A stretch of 64,000 bases of DNA from Macrostomum lignano (lineage: Eukaryota): NCBI GenBank assembly GCA_002269645.1, contig NIVC01000600.1, positions 124,001-188,000 on the forward strand. The letters run 5' to 3'. Under the pieces are notes generated by a model, which was given only the letters and a program-made list of their open reading frames with translations, was not told the origin of the DNA and did not search any database. The position numbers and the translations under genes were made by a program. This document shows, piece by piece, positions 1 to 12,586 of the stretch (positions are counted from its first letter, which is position 1; each line of letters begins with the position of its first letter).

Positions 1-520
1 CCCTGGAACCTCACTGTCTCCCCTGGAACCTCACTGTCTCCCCTGGAACCTCACTGTCTCCCCTGGAACCTCACTGTCTCCCCTGGAACCTCACTGTCTC
101 CCCTGGAACCTCACTGTCTCCCCTGGAACCTCACTGTCTCCCCTGGAACCTCACTGTCTCCCCTGGAACCTTTGTCTCCCCTGGAACATCACTACATCCC
201 CTGGAACCTCACTGTCTCCCCTGGAACCTCACTGTCTCCCCTGGAACCTTTGTCTCCCCTGGAACATCACTACATCCCCTGGAACCTCACTGTCTCCCCT
301 CACTGCATCCCCTGGAACCTCACTGTCTCCCCTGGAACCTCACTGTCTCCCCTGGAACCTCACTGTCTCCCCTTGAACTTCACTGTCTCCCCTGGAACCT
401 CACTGTCTCCCCTCACTGCATCCCCTGGAATCTCACTGTCTCCCCTCACTGTCTCCCCTGGAACCTCACTGTCTCCCCTGGAACCTCACTGCATTCCCTG
501 AAACCTGTCTCCCCTGGAAC
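1..520. repeat. 20-bp minisatellite (CCCTGGAACCTCACTGTCTC)n, intronic to the F-box gene; runs off the window start
   Basis: Direct tandem copies from base 1, degenerating towards 520; abuts the minus-strand donor at about 544. Confidence 0.95.
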
Positions 521-544
521 CTCACTGCATCCCCAGATTCCCAC

Positions 545-974
545 CAACCGTCTGCTGCCGCCTCCTGCTCCGTTTGGCAGGCGGCGAACCCAGCTCGGCC
601 TCGGCCATCTCTCCAGCCGTGGCGGCGAGCTTGGCTCTGAGAAATTCGACATCGCAGAAGACCAACAGCCGATACGGCAGGTGCCAGTCGGCACGCAGCT
701 CGGTGAGCAGCAGGCCGAACCGCTTGGCCAGCTCAGCATAGGACAGCCGACAGTGGATCCCGTTGGCCGGGGCTCCGGATGGCCACTCGTACGCCAGCAG
801 GCCGTGCTTAGCGATCGGACAGCAACGCCGCCGCTCTAGCTCCCGCTGAGCAACCCGCTGCCACAGCTGGCTGACCTGGCACAGGCGGGCCAGATCGTTC
901 CGGCTTGAATAGGCTACCACTCTGGTTGCTACGGAGAATTGCTCCAGCGGATTGGAGCTCGCGCACTGCGCCAT
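545..974 (-). CDS. FBXO22: First coding exon of an F-box protein, FBXO22-like; gene continues beyond the window start
   Basis: ATG at 974 with a TTGCAG acceptor 14 nt upstream. The N-terminus VATRVVAYSSRNDLARLCQVSQLWQRVAQREL is F-box-like; LTELRADWHLPYRLLVFCDVEF and PAKRSRRR resemble the FBXO22 post-F-box segment as I recall it. Probable GT donor at 544/543 (or 548/547). The symbol is tentative. Confidence 0.55.
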
Positions 975-1067
975 CCGGGTTCACGAGACTGCAACGAGGA
1001 TAAACTTCGTATATATATATACATACGGCCCCATGCCCTCTGTAGCGACTATGCACAATTTATTGCC

Positions 1068-4000
1068 CTCCTACCCCCAACCGTAGATAAGCGGCCCCCT
1101 ACCCCCAACCGTAGATAAGCGGCCCCCTACCCCCAACCGTAGATAAGCGGCCCCCTACCCCCAACCGTAGATAAGCGGCCCCCTACCCCCAACCGTAGAT
1201 AAGCGGCCCCTACCCCAACCGTAGATAAGCGGCCCCCTACCCCCAACCGTAGATAAGCGGCCCCCTACCCCTAACCGTAGATAAGCGGCCCCCTACCCCC
1301 AACCGTAGATAAGCGGCCCCCTACCCCCAACCGTAGATAAGCGGCCCCCTACCCCCAACCGTAGATAAGCGGCCCCCTACCCCCAACCGTAGATAAGCGG
1401 CCCCCTACCCCCAACCGTAGATAAGCGGCCCCCTACCCCCAACCGTAGATAAGCGGCCCCTACCCCCAACCGTAGATAAGCGGCCCCTACCCCCAACCGT
1501 AGATAAGCGGCCCCCTACCCCCAACCGTAGATAAGCGGCCCCCTACCCCAACGGTAGATAAGCGGCCCCCTACTCCCAACCGTAGATAAGCGGCCCCCTA
1601 CCCCCAACCGTAGATAAGCGGCCCCCTACCCCCAACCGTAGATAAGCGGCCCCCTACCCCCAACGGTAGATAAGCGGCCCCCTACTCCCAACCGTAGATA
1701 AGCGGCCCCCTACCCCCAACCGTAGATAAGCGGCCCCCTACCCCCAACCGTAGATAAGCGGCCCCCTACCCCCAACCGTAGATAAGCGGCCCCCTACCCC
1801 CAACCGTAGATAAGCGGCCCCTACCCCCAACCGTAGATAAGCGGCCCCCTACCCCCAACCGTAGATAAGCGGCCCCCTACCCCCAACCGTAGATAAGCGG
1901 CCCCCTACCCCCAACCGTAGATAAGCGGCCCCCTACCCCCAACGGTAGATAAGCGGCCCCCTACTCCCAACCGTAGATAAGCGGCCCCCTACCCCCAACC
2001 GTAGATAAGCGGCCCCCTACCCCCAACGGTAGATAAGCGGCCCCCTACTCCCAACCGTAGATAAGCGGCCCCCTACCCCCAACCGTAGATAAGCGGCCCC
2101 CTACCCCCAACCGTAGATAAGCGGCCCCCTACCCCCAACCGTAGATAAGCGGCCCCCTACCCCCAACCGTAGATAAGCGGCCCCCTACCCCCAACCGTAG
2201 ATAAGCGGCCCCCTACCCCAACGGTAGATAAGCGGCCCCTACCCCCAACCGTAGATAAGCGGCCCCCTACCCCCAACCGTAGATAAGCGGCCCCCTACCC
2301 CCAACCGTAGATAAGCGCCCCCTACCCCCAACCGTAGATAAGCGGCCCCCTACCCCCAACCGTAGATAAGCGGCCCCCTACCCCAACCGTAGATAAGTGG
2401 CCCCCTAACCCCAACCGTAGATAAGCGGCCCCCTAACCCCAACCGTAGATAAGCGGCCCCCTACTCCCAACCGTAGATAAGCGGCCCCCTAACCCCAACC
2501 GTAGATAAGCGGCCCCCTAACCCCAACCGTAGATAAGCGGCCCCCTACCCCCAACCGTAGATAAGCGCCCCCTACCCCCAACCGTAGATAAGCGGCCCCT
2601 AACCCCAAACGTAGATAAGCGGCCCCTACCCCCAACCGTAGATAAGCGGCCCCCTACTCCCAACCGTAGATAAGCGGCCCCCTACCCCAACCGTAGATAA
2701 GCGGCCCCCTACCCCAACCGTAGATAAGCGGCCCCCTACCCCCAACGGTAGATAAGCGGCCCCCTACTCCCAACCGTAGATAAGCGGCCCCCTACCCCAA
2801 CCGTAGATAAGCGGCCCCCTACTCCCAACCGTAGATAAGCGGCCCCCTACCCCCAACCGTAGATAAGCGGCCCCCTACCCCAACCGTAGATAAGCGGCCC
2901 CTACCCCCAACGGTAGATAAGCGGCCCCCTACTCCCAACCGTAGATAAGCGGTCCCCTACCCCAACCGTAGATAAGCGGCCCCCTACCCCAACCGTAGAT
3001 AAGCGGCCCCCTACCCCCAACCGTAGATAAGCGGCCCCCTACCCCCAACCGTAGATAAGCGGCTCCCTAACCCCAACCGTAGATAAGTGGCCCCCTAACC
3101 CCAACCGTAGATAAGCGGCCCCCTACCCCCAACCGTAGATAAGCGGCTCCCTAACCCCAACCGTAGATAAGTGGCCCCCTAACCCCAACCGTAGATAAGC
3201 GGCCCCCTAACCCCAACCGTAGATAAGCGGCCCCCTAACCCCAAACGTAGATAAGTGGCCCCCTAACCCCAACCGTAGATAAGCGGCCCCCTACTCCCAA
3301 CCGTAGATAAGCGGCCCCCTACCCCCAACCGTAGATAAGCGGCCCCCTAACCCCAACCGTAGATAAGCGGCCCCCTACCCCCAACGGTAGATAAGCGGCC
3401 CCCTACCCCCAACCGTAGATAAGCGGCCCCTAACCCCAACCGTAGATAAGCGGCCCCCTAACCCCAACCGTAGATAAGCGGCCCCCTAACCCCAAACGTA
3501 GATAAGCGGCCCCTACCCCCAACCGTAGATAAGCGGCCCCTAACCCCAACCGTAGATAAGCGGCCCCTAACCCCAACCGTAGATAAGCGGCCCCCTAACC
3601 CCAACCGTAGATAAGCGGCCCCTAACCCCAACCGTAGATAAGCGGCCCCTAACCCCAACCGTAGATAAGCGGCCCCTAACCCCAACCGTAGATAAGCGGC
3701 CCCCTAACCCCAACCGTAGATAAGCGGCCCCTAACCCCAACCGTAGATAAGCGGCCCCTAACCCCAACCGTAGATAAGCGGCCCCCTAACCCCAACCGTA
3801 GATAAGCGGCCCCCTAACCCCAACCGTAGATAAGCGGCCCCCTAACCCCAACCGTAGATAAGCGGCCCCCTACCCCCAACCGTAGATAAGCGCCCCCCTA
3901 CCCCCAACCGTAGATAAGCGGCCCCTACCCCCAACCGTAGATAAGCGGCCCCTAACCCCAACCGTAGATAAGCGGCCCCCTAACCCCAAACGTAGATAAG

Positions 4001-4610
4001 CGGCCCCTACCCCCAACCGTAGATAAGCGGCCCCTAACCCCAACCGTAGATAAGCGGCCCCCTAACCCCAACCGTAGATAAGCGGCCCCCTAACCCCAAA
4101 CGTAGATAAGCGGCCCCTACCCCCAACCGTAGATAAGCGGCCCCTAACCCCAACCGTAGATAAGCGGCCCCTAACCCCAACCGTAGATAAGCGGCCCCCT
4201 AACCCCAACCGTAGATAAGCGGCCCCTAACCCCAACCGTAGATAAGCGGCCCCTAACCCCAACCGTAGATAAGCGGCCCCTAACCCCAACCGTAGATAAG
4301 CGGCCCCCTAACCCCAACCGTAGATAAGCGGCCCCTAACCCCAACGGTAGATAAGCGGCCCCCTACTCCCAACCGTAGATAAGCGGCCCCCTACCCCCAA
4401 CCGTAGATAAGCGGCCCCCTACCCCCAACCGTAGATAAGCGGCCCCCTACCCCCAACCGTAGATAAGCGGCCCCCTACCCCAACCGTAGATAAGCGGCCC
4501 CCTACCCCAACCGTAGATAAGCGGCCCCCTACCCCCAACCGTAGATAAGCGGCCCCTACCCCCAACCGTAAATAAGCGCCCCTCTACCCCCAACCATAGA
4601 TAAGCGGCCT
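1068..4610. repeat. 27-28-bp satellite (CCCCCTACCCCCAACCGTAGATAAGCGG)n, about 125-130 copies
   Basis: Period 28 measured (CCGTAGATAA at 1081 and 1109). Variant units carry CCCTAA or CTACTCCC. G-rich on the minus strand. Confidence 0.97.
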
Positions 4611-5225
4611 ACTATCCAAAACCTGTTACCCACCCGTACCCACATTCCTACAATGCATAGACGACTCAGTCTTCTCAGAAGTATATATTATATTTTGAAG
4701 AATTCGAGTGAAAAAAGTGAAAATTTTCGGAACATAATTTTAATCAATTTATTTAACTTTATTAATCACAGATACTAGAATAACTAGATGGGCCACTCAG
4801 CACATTTGCGTGTAAGCTACTTTCAGTTCAGTAGTAAGTTAAACTGAAGCTTTTTATCGTATTGTTATTCCACACTACCCCCGCACAAATTTTTATCGCT
4901 GTCTCAGAATTTCAGGTTCCAGCCTAAAGCTGCCATGTACATTTCAGTGGACTAACTAATGTACATTATTGCTGAACCAATTAGCAAGCTGTTTACGCCT
5001 GAAAGCTTGGGCTTCTAAACTTATCAAAGTCATTTCAGCTGCCTTTATTTCTATAAAATAGCTTTTGTATTCTTCTTTGCTACTGAACTGAAAGAAAGCT
5101 GTTTTACTAAGTATATGCCTGATTGGCCCCATATCTAGTTATTCTAGTATCTGTGACATTAATTAATGGAATCTAGACAGTCCGTATGTATATGTGCATA
5201 TGTACAACTACAAGCAGCGGTTCGC

Positions 5226-6964
5226 TCATCGCGGACACATGGCATGCCGACCGCCGTCCACGGGCAGCGTGACCCCGGTGATGAAGCCGCTGCGGTCCGG
5301 GTCTGCGAGAAACAGCGCAGCCTCTGCCACTTCGTTTGGCTGTCCCGGCCTGCCCAGCGCGTGGGTCTCGGCGCATCTTTTAATAAAGCTGGCATACTGC
5401 TCATCGCTGAGCCCGCCGGTCTTCTGCAGCTCCGTGACAATCACGCCGGGATTCACCGAGTTGCAGCGAATGCCGACTGGGGCCAGCTCCAGGGCCGCGC
5501 ACCGGGTGAACTGGTCCAGGCCAGCCTTGGACACGTTGTAGGCTAGCAATCCAGGGAAAGAGCGCAGGCCGTTCACGCTGCTCACGTTCACGATGCTGCC
5601 CTTGGGGCTGACCGATTTCAGCAGGGGCAGGCAGAGCTGGGTGAGCCGGTACACCGAGCGAAGGTTGATGTTGAGAACCCGGTCCAGCTGCTCTGTGCTG
5701 CCTGTTTCGGGATGGCATTGAGACTAAGCTAGTCCGAGAAGGTTGCCATGGCGCCTAAGCTAGTCCGAGAAGGTTGCCATGGCGCCTAAGCTAGTCCGAG
5801 AAGGTTGCCATGGAGACTAAGCTAGTCCGAGAAGGTTGCCATGGAGACTAAGCTAGTCAGGGAAGGTTGCCATGGAGACTAAGCTAGTCATAGAAGGTTG
5901 CCATGGCGCCTAAGCTAGTCCGAGAAGGTTGCCATGGCGCCTAAGCTAGTCCGAGAAGGTTGCCATGGCGCCTAAGCTAGTCCGAGAAGGTTGCCATGGA
6001 GACTAAGCTAGTTCGAGAAGGTTGCCATGGAGACAAAGCTAGTCAGGGAAGGTTGCCATGGAGACTAAGCTAGTCATAGAAGGTTGCCATGGCGCCTAAG
6101 CTAGTCCGAGAAGGTTGCCATGGCGCCTAAGCTAGTCCGAGAAGGTTGCCATGGCGCCTAAGCTAGTCCGAGAAGGTTGTCATGGAGACTAAGCTAGTTC
6201 GAGAAGGTTGCCATGGAGACTAAGCTAGTCAGGGAAGGTTGCCATGGCACCTAAGCTAGTCCGAGAAGGTTGCCATGGAGACTAAGCTAGTCAGGGAAGG
6301 TTGCCATGGAGACTAAGCTAGTCAGGGAAGGTTGCCATGGAGACTAAGCTAGTCAGGAAAAGGTTGCCATGGAGACTAAGCTAGTCAGGAAAAGGTTGCC
6401 ATGGAGACTTAATCTATCAGAGATGATTGTCATCGGGAGTATCAATTGCCTAGCAAGCAATTTGGTTGCCAATTGCCATGGCGACATGCCCATACAGAGA
6501 TAAATTCAGCTAAATAAATTTAATAGATCATTGGTAGCTAAGATGCCATCCACTAAGTTGGCCGTTACCATGGAAACTAATTTGAGGATTATTGTAGTAG
6601 CCAACCCCGCCCCCTACAGCTCAAGCTCACTGTTCTCAATGCTTCCATACTCCAGGATGCCAGCATTGTTAATCAGGGAATCCAGTCTGCCGCCAAACTG
6701 TTTCCCAGTAGCCTCGGCCAGCGCTGTCAAACACTCGGGCTTGGCCAAATCACCAACCGTTTCCATGACAACGATATCTTCGCTGCCAGTCTGTTTGAGT
6801 CTGCCAGCCTCTCGCCTGCACAGATCGGCAGTGGCCGCCAAACGCTGGACATTGCGGCCGGACAGGCTGAGGCTGTAGCCGTGACGGGCGAACAGTAGCG
6901 CTACGGCCGCACCGATCCCGGATGAGGCACCGGTGATGAGGGCTACTCGGCTGGCGGGAGACAT
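5226..6964 (-). CDS. Classical short-chain dehydrogenase/reductase (FabG-like), 2 exons: 6964-6631 and 5701-5226
   Basis: Motifs TGASSGIG (Rossmann), NNAG, catalytic S in VSSVNG, YNVSK (YxxxK) and C-terminal VDGG. The GTGAG donor at 6630 and CAG acceptor at 5704-5702 are phase-1 compatible, giving ...GSIENSSTEQLDRVLNINL...; TGA at 5228-5226. Confidence 0.95.
5721..6410. repeat. 32-bp minisatellite in the SDR intron (CTAAGCTAGTCCGAGAAGGTTGCCATGGMGMC)n, 22 copies, each with an X-box-like motif
   Basis: 22 GTTG(C/T)CATGG cores counted between 5742 and 6408. Confidence 0.95.
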
Positions 6965-7029
6965 CGGATGGAGCGGCCGGCAGCTGCGGGCGTCACGGGC
7001 GGATGACACAGATCATAACTAGGGTTAGA

Positions 7030-7470
7030 ATGGGAACTGAAGCTGGACAGGGTCTCCCTGTGCTTCCTGAGATTGGAGATGAGACCCCTGTGCTACCTGG
7101 GATTGGAGATGAGACCCCTGTGCTACCTGGGATTGGAGATGAGACCCGTGTTCCACCTGGGATTGGAGATGAGACCCCTGTGCTACCTGGGATTGGAGAT
7201 GAGACCCGTGTTCCACCTGGGATTGGAGATGAGACCCCTGTGCTACCTGGGATTGGAGATGAGACCCATGTGCTACCTGGGATTGGAGATGAGACCCCTG
7301 TTCCACCTGGGATTGGAGATGAGACCCATGTGCTACCTGGGATTGGAGATGAGACCCCTGTTCCACCTGGGATTGGAGATGAGACCCCTGTGCTTCCTGG
7401 GATTGGAGATGAGACACCTGTGCTACCTGGGATTAGAGATGAGGCACCTGTGCTACCTGGTATTAAAAAT
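7030..7470. repeat. 30-bp minisatellite (GATTGGAGATGAGACCCCTGTGCTACCTGG)n immediately upstream of the SDR gene
   Basis: About 14 direct tandem copies; explains ORFs 7003-7536, 7025-7417 and 7073-7489. Confidence 0.95.
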
Positions 7471-8307
7471 GAGATCCTGGCATCCCTAAAGCCATGCTTT
7501 ATAAACTTACTGCTATCAAACTACACAAACAAATGAATTAATACAAACAGATCACGATCAATTTCAGGTCCAAATTGGCTACTTAAAATAGTAGTCAGAT
7601 AAGCTTTTTCTTATCTGATCTTCCCAAAGTTGCCAAACAGTTTATTAACGAAGTTAAAGTAGCAGGCATTACAGTAGGCATGAATTGTTTTTGCGAGACA
7701 CATAAACACAGAATTACAGTAGTATAGTTTATAGCAACAACATTTAACTACGTACTGATTTATGATTATTAATAAGCACTACTAAACATCCAAATAGATA
7801 CAGAATATTCAAACAAATCTTTGCAACAAGAAAGCAGGAGTTTTATTCAGAATTTCAAAGATTTAGCAATTGAAGTGTTCGAAAAACTTCGACTATCTAG
7901 GAAGTTTAATTTATGACCGAATGCAGATGAATCAAGTGGACATGTCGGTTTTTAAAGCACATAAAAATTGTGCATTCTATTTAACCAATGAATGAACAAC
8001 AAATGAAGGAATAGCAAAAAGCTTACTGTAGATTTAATTTAAAGAGTTTTTGCATGCCATCGACTACTTACAATAGTAAGGTACGCATGAGGACTATTAC
8101 ATGAAATATGCTGTTCAGCCGACAAACCTGATCGATTGCAAAAAAGTGAGAATTTAAACTGCTGCAAACAATGTCAATATAAAATATTTAATGTGAGTAT
8201 TAAGGAAACCATTGAATCAGTTCAAACAGGACAGGACTGCAAGCCGATTGGCCAGTTTGGCGTTAACTACAATAAAACTACCCATAACGCGCGCTTATGG
8301 ATGCTGG

Positions 8308-8605
8308 TATCCAAGGGCAATAAACGGCCGTATCCAAGGGCAATAAACGGCCGTATCTAAGGGCAATAAACGGCCGTATCTAAGGGAAATAAACGGCCGT
8401 ATCTAAGGGCAATAAACGGCCGTATCCAAGGGAAATAAACGGCCGTATCTTAGGGCAATAAACGGCCGTATCTAAGGGCAATAAACGGCCGTATCCAAGG
8501 GAAATAAACGGCCGTATCTTAGGGCAATAAACGGCCGTATCCAAGGGAAATAAACGGCCGTATCTAAGGGCAATAAACGGCCGTATCCAAGGGAAATAAA
8601 CGGCA
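8308..8605. repeat. 23-bp minisatellite (ATCCAAGGGCAATAAACGGCCGT)n downstream of the CCDC47 stop
   Basis: Period 23 measured (8311, 8334); about 12 copies. Confidence 0.93.
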
Positions 8606-8700
8606 ATAATGGTGAATCTTTAAGGTGCTATTAACCGTTGAGTCTGCCGCCAAATTTTCCTATAATATTCAACTAGCCAAGAAAGGTGAGTTACAAGCGG

Positions 8701-10478
8701 TCACATTCCCTTAACCTTCAGCATCTTCATCTTTGGCGCTTTCCGTTTTGCCTCTCGTTTAGCCTCGCGATCCTCCAGCTTCCTGGCCCGGTCCGGGTCC
8801 TCCTCGAGCAGCAGGCGCTCCTTCTCTGCTTTGCGCTTCTCCTCGCGCCTCAGCTGGGCCGCCTCCTGGCGCTGGCTGTGCGCCAGTTTCTGCGCCGCCT
8901 CGGCCGCTTTCTCGCGCCGCTTCTCGGCTCGGGAGCGGGCCTCTTTGCTTAGCCGGACTCTGCGGCACTTGTCCACCAGGTAGATGAGCATCTTTGTGAG
9001 CGGCAGCAGTGACTCCATCTCCTCCGTGGAGGTGCTGGTCGCGGCGCCCACGCGCCGACCGATGCGAAGCTGTGGCGGGGGAAAGGGGGACGATCGGCTG
9101 TCCACTGCTATCCTCTGATACTTCGGGGCTGTCCACTGCTATCCTCTGATACTTCAGGACTGTCCACTGCTAGCCTCTGATACTTCAGGACTGTCCACTG
9201 CTATCCTCTGATACTTCAGGACTGTCCACTGCTAGCCTCTGATACTTCAGGACTGTCCACTGCTATCCTCTGATACTTCAGGACTGTCCACTGCTAGCCT
9301 CTGATACTCCAGGAGTGTCCACTGCTATCCTCTGATACATACATGCGCAACCTCCAAAATTCGGTCGGCCGTGCGACTTAGTTTTAACAAAAATGCGACG
9401 TAGTTTTTGGCCAAAAATGCGACTTACATGTAAAAAACCCTAAAGCAAAATTAACGCAACTTTGGGTAAACGGCAGGAGTAACTATGACTGCCTTATTAA
9501 GCCAAAATGCCTCGTCAGCTACTTAGTACTACTTCTTGGTTATTTTTCGGGATGGCATTTTTGCGACTTTCTTGGTTGGCTGCCAAATCGGTCGGCCGGA
9601 TCGGCCGACTTGGCCGACTGTTGCGCATGTATGCTCTGATACTTCAGGACTGGCCACTGCTATCCACTGATACTTCAGGGCTGGCCACTCCTATCCTCTG
9701 ATAATTCAGGGCTGGCCACTCCTATCCTCTGATACTTCAGGACTGTACACTGCTAGCCTCTGATACTTCAGGACTGTCCACTGCTATCCACTGATACTTC
9801 AGGACTGGCCACTCCTATCCTCTGATACTTCAGGCTGGCCACTGCTAGCCTCTGATACTTCAGGACTGGCCACTGCTATCCACTGATACTTCAGGACTGG
9901 CCGCTGCTATCCTTCAACACTTCAGCGAGCCCATCAACTAAGGTAGCAGCCACTCACAGACAGCACAATGGCCCGCTGTGAGTCGGGTGGTTTCGCCGCA
10001 CCGCCGCTAGCGCCGCCGGCTCCGCCAGCCGCGTCGTCCTGCTGCGCCCTCGGGCCGCTGTACATGTCGGAGACAATCAGATGGTCCAGGCACGACTCGA
10101 ACTGCTTCAGCACGTTGGCTACTCGCCTGTCGATGACATGCTCTGCTACTTCCGCATCCTCTGCCAGAATCGTCAGGCTGTCGGGCAGGGTGAAGGGTTT
10201 TCCATCCAATTGGCAGCGCCTGTCGCTGCAGAACTGGCTCAGGTCCGAGTGGTCGCGGATCAGCTGCAAGGGGAGAACGGTGTAGTGAAGAGCGGGCAGC
10301 TTGTGAGCACTGCTCAGAAAAGTGGCATTGTCAATTTGTTTAATAATAGTAACTTGTGTTGTCTGCTTAGAATCTGTCTGTCTGTTCTGCCTGCTTGCCT
10401 GTCTGCCTGCCTGTCTGTCTGCCTGTCTGTGTGTCTGTCTGTCTGTCTGCCTGCCTGCCTGCCTGTCTGTCTGTCTGT

Positions 10479-10511
<33 letters not shown>

Positions 10512-10543
10512 TGACTGTCTGCCTGCCTGTCTGACTGTCTGCC

Positions 10544-10600
<57 letters not shown>

Positions 10601-10603
10601 GAC

Positions 10604-10642
<39 letters not shown>

Positions 10643-10671
10643 GTGTCTGTCTGTCTGTCTGCCTGCCTGCC

Positions 10672-10711
<40 letters not shown>

Positions 10712-12586
10712 AATCCATCCTACGATTCGCAATTCTCTTCAAACCCGGCCCACCCCAGGCCAGGCGCTCCGCACTCACCTGGCCGGAGCGGCGGCGCTGT
10801 ACAATAGCCAGCACGAAGTTGTCCCAGTCGGACGAGTCGTCGAGCACCAGCTTGATCAGCAGCTGGTCATTGGACGGCCGGAACAGCTTAGCCACTAGCG
10901 ACACCAGATCCTGGCGTTTGATGAAGCGCAGCTCGACTAGCATGCCGTCCACGTGCTGGCGGCCGGTGCACCACAGGCTGTAGGTGTTCTCAGAGTCTCG
11001 CATCAGGCCTTCGGGGGACGAGGCCACCTCTTTACTTTTGCCATCGTCGCCGACAATGTGAAATTCGGATTCCAGGTAGTCCTAGGAAGGTAAATGGAGG
11101 AGTGGAATGGACATGCTGCTACAGTAATGTGTAGCTCATGTGTTGCAGTAATGTGCAGCTCATGTTACAGTAATGTGTGCAGCTCATGTGTTGCAGTAAT
11201 GTGCAGCTCATGTTACAGTAATGTGTGCAGCTCATGTTACATTAATGTGCAGCTCATGTTACATTAATGTGCAGCTCATGTTACATTAATGTGCAGCTCA
11301 TGTGTTACAGTAATGTGTAGCCCATGTGTTACAGTAATGTGCAGCACATGTGTTACAGTAATGTGCAGCACATGTTACAGCAGTGCTTATTCATAACAAA
11401 TTTGAGCTCCAGCAGCAACAAACCTTGTGAGCCACAAACCAAGCATTGGCCAGTTTCGCATTCTTGGATTTGCCAACAATAAAATTGAGAAAATAGACGG
11501 CCAGAGCCGTGAGGGTGATGAGCTCCAGGTAGTAGGAATCCCAGTTGGTGGTCAGCGGCACAGGGATTTTGGCGATCTCCAGGTCCGGCTTGTCACTTGG
11601 CGCACCTGAGCCTCCGGCCGAGGGGGACGGCTTCTCGCCGAATCCTTCGAACTCGTCGCGATCTTCCAAATAGCTGGCTGAGTCCTCATCTTCGTCTGAT
11701 GATTTCACGCTGGCCGCTTCGTCGTCCTCGGATGTGAGGGGCGTCGATGGCGGCTTTGCTGCTGCTTGCTGCTGGTCACTGGGTGCGGAACCGTCCCAGG
11801 CTGATGGCTGCTGCTCGGAGTTCGTTGGCGGGTCCTGCGACCGGTGATTTCAGGGTGATTAGGGGCAGGACAGGGTATTATCGGGGCTGGTCAAGGACTG
11901 TTGTCGGGACTGCTCAGGAGTATTATCGGGACTGCTCAGGAGTATTATCGGGACTGCTCAGGAGTATTATCGGGACTGCTCAGGAGTATTATCGGGACTG
12001 CTCATGAGTATTATCGGGACTGCTCAGGAGTATTATCGGGACTGCTCAGGAGTATTATCGGGACTGCTCAGGTGTATTATCGGGACTGCTCAGGAGTATT
12101 ATCGGGGCTGCTCAGGTGTATTATCGGGACTGCTCAGGAGTATTATCGGGATTGCTCAGGAGTATTATCGGGACTGCTCAGGAGTATTATCGGGACTCCT
12201 CAGGAGTATTATCGGGACTGCTCAGGAGTATTATCGGGACTGCTCAGGAGTATTATCGGGACTCCTCAAGAGTATTATCGGGACTCCTCAGGAGCGTTTT
12301 CGAGATGGTTCAAGGAGGGTTGTCTGGACTAGTCAGGGAAGATTTAAGACTGTTTAAAGCCCAGATAGTGGACGGGAGGTGGAATGAGAATTCAAAGCAA
12401 TGTCACCTGGCCAATGGGCGGTGGCTCATCTGGGTCTTCAAACTCTGCAAACTCATTGTCCTCAACTTCGGCATTGTGTACATTGCCCGAAGCACTGGCA
12501 GCAGAAGTAATAGCAACTCTGCTAATAAGCAGGGCCACAGATACAAACAAGGTCAGAATGGCAAGTTGAAGCACAATGGGCTTCAT
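8701..12586 (-). CDS. CCDC47: CCDC47 (PAT complex subunit / calumin), 5 coding exons: 12586-12407, 11834-11424, 11081-10779, 10263-9958, 9069-8701; 522 aa
   Basis: Signal peptide, acidic luminal region, TM segment (YYLELITLTALAVYFLNFIVG), LWCTGR..GMLVELRFIKRQDL, SDMYSGP and a C-terminal coiled coil RQEAAQLRREEKRKAEKER...KMKMLKVKGM. All four introns are GT-AG and phase 0. Confidence 0.95.
9100..9915. repeat. 31-bp minisatellite (GTCCACTGCTATCCTCTGATACTTCAGGACT)n filling CCDC47 intron 4, interrupted by a MITE
   Basis: Direct tandem copies on both sides of the 9338-9633 insertion. Confidence 0.93.
9338..9633. mobile_element. hAT-type MITE, copy 1 (296 bp)
   Basis: Perfect 14-bp TIR CATACATGCGCAAC (9338-9351) / GTTGCGCATGTATG (9620-9633). 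Perfect 8-bp TSD CTCTGATA (9330-9337 and 9634-9641). Related inverted copy at 14973-15279. Confidence 0.9.
10375..10710. repeat. (TCTG/CCTG)n tetranucleotide microsatellite in CCDC47 intron 3
   Basis: Direct reading. Confidence 0.97.
11120..11385. repeat. About 20-24-bp minisatellite (TGCAGCTCATGTTACAGTAATG)n in CCDC47 intron 2
   Basis: Direct tandem copies with small length variants. Confidence 0.9.
11875..12295. repeat. 22-bp minisatellite (GGGACTGCTCAGGAGTATTATC)n in CCDC47 intron 1
   Basis: About 19 direct copies; explains ORFs 11747-12610. Confidence 0.95.

Noticed and set aside
7003-7536. Repetitive ORF (PGIGDETPVL)n and overlapping frames
   Set aside because: 30-bp minisatellite open in several frames; no splice or codon evidence.
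8308-8605. Repeated AATAAA as a multimerised poly(A) signal for CCDC47
   Set aside because: The hexamer is on the + strand whereas CCDC47 is on the - strand.
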